NCBI GenBank assembly: GCA_026417535.1
Contig: JAOADB010000005.1
Location: 1 to 42,155 of the forward strand
Direction of reading: 5' to 3'
DNA from: Caldilineales bacterium
Lineage (GTDB): Bacteria; Chloroflexota; Anaerolineae; J102
Length of the DNA stretch: 42,155 nucleotides
Made by a program: the position numbers and the translations under genes. Below are positions 36,072 through 42,155 of this stretch, piece by piece (positions within the stretch are counted from its first letter, which is position 1; every line of letters begins with the position of its first letter). The notes below the pieces were generated by a model. That model saw only the letters and a list, made by a program, of their open reading frames with translations. It was not told the DNA's origin and made no database searches.

Positions 36072-37269
36072 GGTCCACCTCCGGCGGCAAGGGCAGGGTC
36101 ATCACGAGTTCGGCGCCGCCTTGGGGCCGCGGCCTTAGGTCCACGCTGCCGCCCAGATACTCGGCCCGCTCGCGTAGCCCGTGTAAACCGAAACCGCCAC
36201 CGGTGGCGTTTGGCCGCGGTCCCCGGCCGTCATCGGCCACGCTCAGGCTCACCCGATCGGTGCTCACGGCCAGCGTCAGCCAGACGTGGGTGGCGGCGGC
36301 GTGTTTTTGCACGTTGGTCAGCCCTTCCTGAGCGGCCCGGTAGAGGGCCAGGCGATGGGTGGCCGGCAGGTCCGGGAGGTCCGGCGGTAGGTTCAAGGTC
36401 ACTGCCAGACCTGTTGCCGTCTCGAATTCGGCCGCCAGACGGCGCAAGGCCGGTTCCAGCGGCAGGTCGGCCTCCAGCGGCGCCCGCAGCGCAGCCACGG
36501 TCTGGCGCAATTCGGTCAGGGCCGTGCGGATTTCCTCACGGGCGGCCGCGGCCATGCTCGCGGCCCGTTCGGGGTCGGTTGCGGCCAGCCGGGTGATGGC
36601 CTCCAGCTGTACGGCCACTACGGTCAGGCGATGACCCAGGGTATCGTGCATCTCGCGGGCTAGGCGATTGCGTTCCTCGGCCACAGCCAGGGCCTCGGCC
36701 TGGGCGGCGTAGGCCTGGAGACGGGTGTGGGCCTCTTGCAGTTCCTGCAGCAGGCGGCGACTCTCGGCCTGAGCGGCGTCGGCCAAGGCCGTTTGGGTAG
36801 CAAAGGCAGCGAAGAAGAAGTAGCCAGCGATGTAGATGAGCGCCGTCGCCAGGATGCCCAACAAACCGCCGCTCATGACCCAGAAGAGAATGACGGTGAC
36901 GGCGGCAAAGACACCCACCCAGGCATAACCGGTCTGCCGGGGGAAGCGCAGCATGACTTCCGGGCTGAGGACGAAGAAGAGGACGGCAAACCAGGGATTG
37001 GCCGGCGGCAGCACGATGAGGGCGCTGGTCAGGGTCGTGGCCAGGGCGACGTAGAGGTGGGGCGCCCGAACCTTGAAGCCGCCCAAGGCCCGGTCGGGCA
37101 AGAGGACGAGCAGGTCGAAGGCGGCCAGCAGCGCCAACCCTGCCCAGCGCAACGGCCGTCCGGGTTCCAGGAACACGACCAGGCCCAGCACCGTGATGGC
37201 GGCGATGACCACATAGACGCTGAGCAGGGCCGGTTCGATGCGCCGGGAGGAGGGGGTGAGGACGGGCAT
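36064..37269 (-). CDS. Sensor histidine kinase, HisKA_3 type (DesK/LiaS-like), multi-TM N-terminus, 401 aa
   Basis: The N-terminal ~160 aa are hydrophobic helices. These are followed by ERNRLAREMHDTLGHRL (H-box), QEGLTNVQKHA (N-box), DDGRG and GGGFGLHGLRERAEYLGG (G-boxes). Start at ATG 37269 (MPVLTPSS). Confidence 0.9.
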   Translation of the reverse strand: MPVLTPSSRRIEPALLSVYVVIAAITVLGLVVFLEPGRPLRWAGLALLAAFDLLVLLPDRALGGFKVRAPHLYVALATTLTSALIVLPPANPWFAVLFFVLSPEVMLRFPRQTGYAWVGVFAAVTVILFWVMSGGLLGILATALIYIAGYFFFAAFATQTALADAAQAESRRLLQELQEAHTRLQAYAAQAEALAVAEERNRLAREMHDTLGHRLTVVAVQLEAITRLAATDPERAASMAAAAREEIRTALTELRQTVAALRAPLEADLPLEPALRRLAAEFETATGLAVTLNLPPDLPDLPATHRLALYRAAQEGLTNVQKHAAATHVWLTLAVSTDRVSLSVADDGRGPRPNATGGGFGLHGLRERAEYLGGSVDLRPRPQGGAELVMTLPLPPEVDHA

Positions 37270-37275
37270 AGGTCT

Positions 37276-37281
37276 ATGATA
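37276..37281 (-). promoter_or_regulatory. -10-like hexamer TATCAT 6 nt upstream of the kinase ATG (possible internal, leaderless promoter)
   Basis: The minus strand reads TATCAT-AGACCT-ATG. The -35 is poor (TGGGAA), so confidence is low. Confidence 0.3.
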
Positions 37282-37338
37282 CTCCAGGTTGCGTCCTTTT
37301 CCCACCGGTTGGCAGAGTGGAGAAAACGGGACCAACAA

Positions 37339-37379
37339 CGAAGGACGGACGACGAAGCCCATCCGTCGTCCGTCCTTCG
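37339..37379. repeat. GACG-rich hairpin (16-bp perfect stem, 9-nt loop) between the membrane-protein gene and the kinase gene
   Basis: 37339-37354 CGAAGGACGGACGACG is the reverse complement of 37364-37379 CGTCGTCCGTCCTTCG. Confidence 0.9.
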
Positions 37380-37412
37380 CTCGACTTGAATCCGAAAGAC
37401 CGGGCCCTGTCT

Positions 37413-37931
37413 TCAGGAGCGGCGCCGCCAGAGGATCCAAAGCCCCAGGACGATGAGGATCGCAGGCCAGGCGTAGCCGATGATTTCCAGGATGCGGACG
37501 CCGGTCTCGCCGGCCAGGAGCAAACCGCCGATGACGGCCAGGATGCCGCCGGGGATGAGGGGCCACCATTGGGGTGTGTCGGCCGTGATCAGCGAGAGGA
37601 GGGCAATCAGGCCCCAGCCGGCGGCAAAGGAGAGCATGAAGACGGCGCCTTGCAGCGGTTCGGCGGCGTTGGCCAGTGGGCCTTGGAGCAGACCGATGCC
37701 CAGGCCAATGCCGGCAAGAATGCCGCCGGGGATGATCAGGCCGAAGGTGCGGGTGGCCAATCCCCAAATCAGGAACAAAGCGCCGAGGGCCGGCAGAAAG
37801 AGAAAGCCGAGGTTTTCCAGAAGCCCGAGTTGGGCCAGCAAGGCCAGAACGCCAATGCCAATGAGAATGATGCCGCCAATCAGGGCGGGCCGGTGCTGCG
37901 AGCGGTTGGGGGTGAGCGGTTGCGAGTTCAT
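37413..37931 (-). CDS. Small polytopic membrane protein with internal duplication (LiaI/LiaF-TM-like by resemblance), 172 aa
   Basis: Two similar halves: ALIGGIILIGIGVLALLAQLG...ALFLIWGL and PLIPGGILAVIGGLLLAGETG...ILIVLGLWILW. GGAGG lies 5 nt upstream of ATG 37931. The family call is tentative. Confidence 0.6.
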   Translation of the reverse strand: MNSQPLTPNRSQHRPALIGGIILIGIGVLALLAQLGLLENLGFLFLPALGALFLIWGLATRTFGLIIPGGILAGIGLGIGLLQGPLANAAEPLQGAVFMLSFAAGWGLIALLSLITADTPQWWPLIPGGILAVIGGLLLAGETGVRILEIIGYAWPAILIVLGLWILWRRRS

Positions 37932-37945
37932 GGTTTCCTCCGGGT

Positions 37946-37975
37946 GGTTTGTAACGGGTCAGGTTTTGTAACCTG
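37946..37975 (-). promoter_or_regulatory. Direct repeat GGTTTGTAAC / GGTTTTGTAAC plus inverted repeat CAGGTT-n4-AACCTG just upstream of the membrane-protein gene; candidate operator
   Basis: The direct repeats lie at 37946-37955 and 37962-37972 and the inverted repeat at 37960-37975, 15-45 nt upstream of ATG 37931. Confidence 0.3.
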
Positions 37976-38023
37976 TCACTTTCCAGCATAGCGCCCGGAG
38001 GTCACATGCACCAGTGCCGAAAG

Positions 38024-38893
38024 TCACGATGAAAGCATGGATTGAGGGTGTGACTTTACACTCACTCTCGACCTTCTGTGCCCCCACCACAGCGCCAGCG
38101 TTGCCAACAGCAGGACCAAGCCCAGGATGCCCTTGAGGACGTGTCGGTCCACCTGCGGCAACAGGGCCGTGCCGATGAGCACGCCGACGAGGGAACCCGT
38201 TGCCATGACCACGGCTACGAGGATAGCCGGCCGCGGCAGATGCCCCAGGGAGCGATAGGTCAGCGTGCCCATCGCCACTGTGGGCACCGAGGCGGCCAGG
38301 CTGATGGTACCGGCCTCTTGGATGGGCACGGCGAACAGGTAAAGCAGGGCCGGAATGCGCATCTCGCCGCCGGCTACGCCAAAAGCCGCGCTGACGAAGG
38401 CAACGGCCAAGCCCAGGAGGAACCCCGCCACGACTCGGACCCCGCCTTGGGGCGTCCAAAGCACGTGTTCGACCCCGGCGAAAGCCTCAAAAAGCATCCA
38501 CAACCCGACGAGGACGAGGTAAAAAACGATGGCGCGTCGGAGCAGGCTCGAGGCCAGACGATGGGCATACCGGGCGCCGGCCAGCGCGCCGCCAAGAGAA
38601 GCCGCGGCCAGCACTCCCATGAACGCCACATCGGCGAGGGTCCACGGATGCAGGCTCCAGCGCCGCAGCAGCGACAGCGTCACCGTGAACAGGCCGACCA
38701 GGAGGTTGACCGCCGCGGCCGTTTTCGGACGTTGTTTGAAGTAGTGGAGCAAAAGCGGCAACCGGAATTCGCCACCCCCGACACCGATAAGGCCGGCGGC
38801 CATCCCGGTGATCAGACCGAAACCCAAGGAGACGGCATACGGTAAGGTCGGAACGGCGACGGGGGTTTGAGAGCCGAGTTCGGTTTCGTTCAC
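38024..38893 (-). CDS. TauE/SafE-family (sulfite exporter-like) permease, 289 aa
   Basis: Contains GLITGMAAGLIGVGGGEFRLPLLL and a second half with AAFGVAGGEMRIPALLY, the two-repeat TauE pattern. GTG start 38893 is preceded by AAGGAGAGG. Confidence 0.8.
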   Translation of the reverse strand: MNETELGSQTPVAVPTLPYAVSLGFGLITGMAAGLIGVGGGEFRLPLLLHYFKQRPKTAAAVNLLVGLFTVTLSLLRRWSLHPWTLADVAFMGVLAAASLGGALAGARYAHRLASSLLRRAIVFYLVLVGLWMLFEAFAGVEHVLWTPQGGVRVVAGFLLGLAVAFVSAAFGVAGGEMRIPALLYLFAVPIQEAGTISLAASVPTVAMGTLTYRSLGHLPRPAILVAVVMATGSLVGVLIGTALLPQVDRHVLKGILGLVLLLATLALWWGHRRSRVSVKSHPQSMLSS

Positions 38894-38945
38894 GCTTGCC
38901 TCTCCTTGCCGACATGAGCGGTTGCCATAACGGGTGAGAATCGGG

Positions 38946-38954
38946 ATTGTAGCA
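38946..38954 (-). promoter_or_regulatory. Extended -10 element (TGCTACAAT) for the TauE-like gene
   Basis: The minus strand reads TGCTACAAT, about 50 nt upstream of the GTG start. Confidence 0.4.
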
Positions 38955-39047
38955 CCCTCATTTGCACTTCAACCAAAAAACGCCCCCTCTTCTATCGTCC
39001 AGCGCCCACCGTCCATCGTCTAACTACCAGTTATCCGTCACCGGTTA

Positions 39048-39053
39048 TATAAT
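39048..39053 (+). promoter_or_regulatory. Perfect TATAAT 6 nt upstream of ATG 39060 (leaderless configuration)
   Basis: TATAAT (39048-39053), CCGTTC, then ATG. No SD and no good -35. Confidence 0.4.
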
Positions 39054-39059
39054 CCGTTC

Positions 39060-40556
39060 ATGACCGCCTCCGTGTGTCCGTATCTGGGTTTGCTGGATGA
39101 TCCGGCTACCCATCTCAACTACCCCAGTTTCGAGAACCGCTGCTACGCTACGGTGGCGCGCGAGGCGATCCCGCTTTCCGAACAGGCCGTTTTCTGTCTA
39201 GGGGGACAACACACCGGCTGCCCGCGCTACATGGCCCTCCACGGCGCGCCGGCTGCGGCCGCCACGGCGCCTTTGCCGCCACCACCGATGGCGGCACCAT
39301 CGCCGACGGCGGGACCCGTCGGGTTTGCGCCTGCCTACGGGATGGGGCCGGGTCGCGATCGCTCCCTGGCCATCATCCTCGGCGGTATCCTTCTGGGCAT
39401 CTTCCTGTGCAGCGGTCTTTTGGCCGTTTATCTGAGCTGGCGGGCGCTGTTGGCCACGGCCTTGCCGCCCACACCCACGACGGCGCCGGTTGTCGTCGCG
39501 ACACCCACGCCCACGGCTGCCGTCATCGTCGTCGTGACGGCCACGCCTACCCCGACCGAAACGCTGCAGCCGGCCGACTCCATACCGCCTGCAACCGACA
39601 CGCCGACGCCGTTCCTGCCCACCGATACACCGATCCCTCCGCCCTTCCCCACCGACACGCCAACGCCTCCGTTTTTGCTGCCCACGGACACGCCGGAACC
39701 GGAGGAAACGCCGTTCCCGCCCACGCCGACGCCGCGGCCGTCGCCCACCATGACCCCGATTCCGGGGACGCCTACTTTTACTCCCACCGTCACGCCGACC
39801 TTCACGCCGAGCGGTCTCATCATCAATTTCACCGTGTCCAAGACGAGTATCGAACTTGGCCAGTGCGTGGTGCTGGCCTGGGATGTGCGCAACGCTCGCG
39901 AGGTGCGATTGGACAACGTAGTCGTTGCCGCTCTGGGGAGCCGGCAGGATTGTCCGACTAAGACGACCATCTACGAACTGCTCGTGGTCAGTCTGACCGG
40001 CGCCACGGAAAAACGCACCCTGACCGTGACCGTCCTGACGGGCACGCCTTCGCCCACACCCACTTTCACCGTTTCGCCCACGCCTTGGCCCACGGCCACG
40101 CCCACGCCTACGGCCACGCCCACCCTGACCAAGACGCCCACCCCTACGCCCACGCGCACGCCTACACCCACGCCGACGGCCACGTTTATCCCCACGCCCA
40201 CCCCGACCCGCGTCTTTGTGGATTGGGGCGCTGCACCCGAGTCCTACGACGGTCCCGGCCCCCATGTCACCATCATCCTGACCAACCGGGGCAACTCGGA
40301 CGACGGCATGGGCGTACGCTTGACCGTTCAGAACCTGCCCGCCGGCTGGCAGGTTGTCGTCTGCAACGGCGCCGGCAGTTGCGACGCCTTTCAAGTGAAC
40401 ACGTCGTGGTTGCCGCCGGGCCTGGCCGAGGCCGTGACGGTCCGTTTTACGATACCGCCGGAAGCCACCGATGTCACGGCTACGGTGACGGTGCAGGCCT
40501 GGTCGTTGCGCGATGGCTCGTTCCGACTGTCTATCCCCGTTACCGTCCGTCGTTAG
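39060..40556 (+). CDS. Single-pass membrane protein: cytoplasmic Cys/His-rich (Zn-ribbon-like) N-domain, TM helix, Pro/Thr-rich linkers, Ig-like and CARDB-like extracellular domains (498 aa)
   Basis: The N-domain reads CPYLGLLDDPATHLNYPSFENRCY...FCLGGQHTGCPRY. The TM helix is LAIILGGILLGIFLCSGLLAVYL. Long (TP)n tracts follow. The beta-rich modules are IINFTVSKTSIELGQCVVLAWDVRNAREVRL and HVTIILTNRGNSDD...VTVRFTIPPEA. Confidence 0.75.
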   Translation: MTASVCPYLGLLDDPATHLNYPSFENRCYATVAREAIPLSEQAVFCLGGQHTGCPRYMALHGAPAAAATAPLPPPPMAAPSPTAGPVGFAPAYGMGPGRDRSLAIILGGILLGIFLCSGLLAVYLSWRALLATALPPTPTTAPVVVATPTPTAAVIVVVTATPTPTETLQPADSIPPATDTPTPFLPTDTPIPPPFPTDTPTPPFLLPTDTPEPEETPFPPTPTPRPSPTMTPIPGTPTFTPTVTPTFTPSGLIINFTVSKTSIELGQCVVLAWDVRNAREVRLDNVVVAALGSRQDCPTKTTIYELLVVSLTGATEKRTLTVTVLTGTPSPTPTFTVSPTPWPTATPTPTATPTLTKTPTPTPTRTPTPTPTATFIPTPTPTRVFVDWGAAPESYDGPGPHVTIILTNRGNSDDGMGVRLTVQNLPAGWQVVVCNGAGSCDAFQVNTSWLPPGLAEAVTVRFTIPPEATDVTATVTVQAWSLRDGSFRLSIPVTVRR

Positions 40557-40560
40557 CGGC

Positions 40561-41307
40561 ATGGAAGTGCAGGTGGCCGTTGCCAAAGTCGAAAAGTACG
40601 CCGTCGGCGAATCGGGCGATACGGTCGAGGTCATCGAACGCCCGCGCGGAGGCATCTCGGTCGTCCTGGTGGACGGCCAGCGCAGCGGTCAATCGGCCAA
40701 GGCCGTCAGCAATCTCGTGGCGCGCAAGGCCATTGCCCTGTTGGCCGAAGGTGTGCGCGACGGTGCGGCGGCCCGCGCAGCCCACGATTACCTGCGCACC
40801 CAACGCCGCGGGCAGGTCAGCGCCGAGCTGATCATCCTCTCGGCCGATTTTGAAACGGGCACGGCCGTTATCTCGCGCAATAGCCGGGCGCCGGTCCTGG
40901 TGCACATGGACGGCCAATGGTCGTTGCTCGACCGTCCCAGCGAGGCTGTGGGGATTTACGCCCGCACCCGCCCTGTGATCGCCGAAATCCCGTTGCGGCC
41001 CGGCCTGATCGTCATCGCGGTCAGCGACGGGGTGTGGACGGCGGGCCAGCGTTACGGCCAACCGTTGGCCCTGGTCGAACTGGTGCAGGCCCTGCCTCCG
41101 ACCCTGGCTGCCCGCGGCTACGCCGATGACATTCTGGCCCAGGCCTGGCAGCGCGAACAGGGCCGCCCCGGCGATGACCTGACGGTGGTGGTCATGCGGG
41201 TGACGGCCCCGGCCCACGATACGGTGCGGCGGTTGAGCATGAGTCTGCCCGTTCCCGAACGCATCACCGCCGCTTGGAGCCACCGGCAAACGTCCGATGG
41301 GGCTTGA
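40561..41307 (+). CDS. SpoIIE/PPM-like serine phosphatase domain protein (248 aa)
   Basis: Contains VGESGDTVEVIERPRGGISVVLVDGQRSGQSAKAVS (GD...DG.G.G pattern), VIAVSDGVWTAG and GRPGDDLTVVVMRV (C-terminal DD motif). ATG 40561 lies 4 nt after the upstream stop. Confidence 0.7.
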   Translation: MEVQVAVAKVEKYAVGESGDTVEVIERPRGGISVVLVDGQRSGQSAKAVSNLVARKAIALLAEGVRDGAAARAAHDYLRTQRRGQVSAELIILSADFETGTAVISRNSRAPVLVHMDGQWSLLDRPSEAVGIYARTRPVIAEIPLRPGLIVIAVSDGVWTAGQRYGQPLALVELVQALPPTLAARGYADDILAQAWQREQGRPGDDLTVVVMRVTAPAHDTVRRLSMSLPVPERITAAWSHRQTSDGA

Positions 41308-41698
41308 AGAAAGCGCTTCTCCGGCAGCGTTGCGGCCTCTGCGCATCAAAATCGTCGGTATCTGTGGCAGCGGCAAGACGACTCTGGCCCAACGCCTGAA
41401 AGCCTTGGGGTATCAGGCCTGGCAGGTTTCCCAGGAGCATTCGGGTGTGCCCGACCTGTGGCGGCGGCGGAATCCGGCCGATGTGTTGGTCTATCTCGAT
41501 GCCAGCGGGCCGGTCGTGCGGGCGCGCTATCCCCATCTTGACCTGCACGACGCCTATCTCGAAGAGCAACGTCGGCGGCTGGCCCACGCCCGTGCCCACG
41601 CCGATTGCTATGTTCTCACCGATGGGTTGACCCCTGACGAGGTGCTGGCGCAGGTGCTCGCTTGCCTGCGAGGGCTGGAGAGGAAGGCCACGAGCTAA
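41297..41698 (+). CDS. Small P-loop NTPase/kinase-like protein (133 aa)
   Basis: Walker A motif IVGICGSGKTTLAQRL. A Walker-B-like VLVYLDAS is present. Its start overlaps the upstream gene by 11 nt. Confidence 0.65.
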   Translation: MGLEESASPAALRPLRIKIVGICGSGKTTLAQRLKALGYQAWQVSQEHSGVPDLWRRRNPADVLVYLDASGPVVRARYPHLDLHDAYLEEQRRRLAHARAHADCYVLTDGLTPDEVLAQVLACLRGLERKATS

Positions 41699-41712
41699 GA
41701 CGGCCGGCTGCC

Positions 41713-42155
41713 TCAACCGGGTTCGGCGCCGTCGGGCAAGAAGGCATACAGCTCCTCCGGGCGGCTCACGTCGAGAGCCGGGTCGAGCAGCTCGCTCAAT
41801 TCATCAGCCGAGAGACGATCCAGCCTGGCGACCAGCTCCTCCGGCACCTCGCCAAAGCGATGCCGGAGCACGCCCAGGAGCATCTTCAGCACTTTTTCGC
41901 GACCCTGCTGCAAACCCTGCTCCAGGCCCTGTTGCAAACCCTGCTCCAGGCCTTCGCTGAAAATCTCCTGATACCAGGGCGATTCACGGAGAACGACCAT
42001 ATCCCACCTCATGATGCGTCGAATGAGTTCGCTTGGAAAGACAAAACGGGCAAAAAACGCCAGCAACGTCTCCATCTCCGCCAGGTTCGGGTCGGCGCGC
42101 AACAGCTGCAACGCCTGCGCCAAGGCCCCGGCGTCGTTCCCACCCTGCATGACGG
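41713..42155 (-). CDS. Second Rpn/DUF4351-type paralog, 5'-truncated by the window edge (or a C-terminal fragment)
   Basis: Contains LRESPWYQEIFSEGLEQGLQQGLEQGLQQGREK...LRHRFGEVPEELVARLDRLSADEL. This parallels the C-terminal third of 31053..31964. The reading frame is still open at 42155. Confidence 0.6.
   Translation of the reverse strand, partial: VMQGGNDAGALAQALQLLRADPNLAEMETLLAFFARFVFPSELIRRIMRWDMVVLRESPWYQEIFSEGLEQGLQQGLEQGLQQGREKVLKMLLGVLRHRFGEVPEELVARLDRLSADELSELLDPALDVSRPEELYAFLPDGAEPG
41903..41950. repeat. Two 24-nt tandem repeats inside the second Rpn paralog (encode EQGLQQGL units)
   Basis: CCCTGCTGCAAACCCTGCTCCAGG followed by CCCTGTTGCAAACCCTGCTCCAGG. Confidence 0.9.

Noticed and set aside
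39198-40655. 485-aa minus-strand ORF and the GVGV-rich 39971..40201 ORF opposite the PT-rich surface protein
   Set aside because: They arise from the (ACGCCC)n-like low-complexity DNA that encodes the Pro/Thr linkers, and they give Arg/Gly repeats with no structure.
31053-42155. Composite transposon or genomic island bounded by the two Rpn genes
   Set aside because: I saw no terminal inverted repeats, target-site duplications, att-like repeats, integrase or tRNA at the borders. It is kept only as a low-confidence context observation.

Overview
This is a 42,155-bp GC-rich bacterial chromosomal segment; real genes show strong GC3 bias. Pro/Thr-rich linkers, multi-copy Rpn/DUF4351-type genes, a Cys-rich CPYLG N-terminal anchor and heptanucleotide repeat arrays suggest a Chloroflexota-like organism, but that is inference only. 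I call 34 protein-coding genes, and 28 consecutive ones (6411-38893) are on the minus strand.

Gene order:
- small tail-anchored membrane protein; pcm; fused membrane/spermidine-synthase-like protein
- secreted 2xCBM-like + 2xLysM protein; TPR protein translationally coupled to carB
- orphan coiled-coil + PD-(D/E)XK protein next to an AT-rich island
- six-gene mrp operon (mrpA/B fusion, C, D, E, F, G) followed directly by nhaA
- NagA-like protein, flippase, GT2 glycosyltransferase, AlkP/NPP-family enzyme
- cysteine desulfurase, M19 dipeptidase, DUF1992-like and DUF4013-like proteins
- tdh; membrane PP2C phosphatase; Rpn-family PD-(D/E)XK protein
- an apparent operon of LiaI/F-like membrane protein, HisKA_3 kinase, NarL/LuxR regulator and a 1070-aa EndoQ-like PHP nuclease fused to a UvrD/PcrA helicase
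- TauE/SafE permease
- a plus-strand module of Zn-ribbon-like/TM/Ig-like surface protein, SpoIIE-like phosphatase and small P-loop protein
- a second, window-truncated Rpn/DUF4351 paralog

I found no rRNA, tRNA, CRISPR array, integrase or classical IS by eye.

The non-coding DNA is unusually structured:
- a 70-nt perfect palindrome of ten heptads inside the mrp operon
- a second, decayed inverted heptad array at 24373-24491
- a family of GACG/CGTC-rich REP-like hairpins
- a two-copy hairpin-plus-purine-box module
- several sigma70-like promoters whose -10 box sits 6-8 nt from the ATG, suggesting leaderless mRNAs

Priorities for follow-up are the EndoQ-UvrD fusion and its two-component operon, the heptad palindromes, the three-gene 39060-41698 module, and the orphan PD-(D/E)XK gene. 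All family assignments come from motif reading and memory; no database search was possible.
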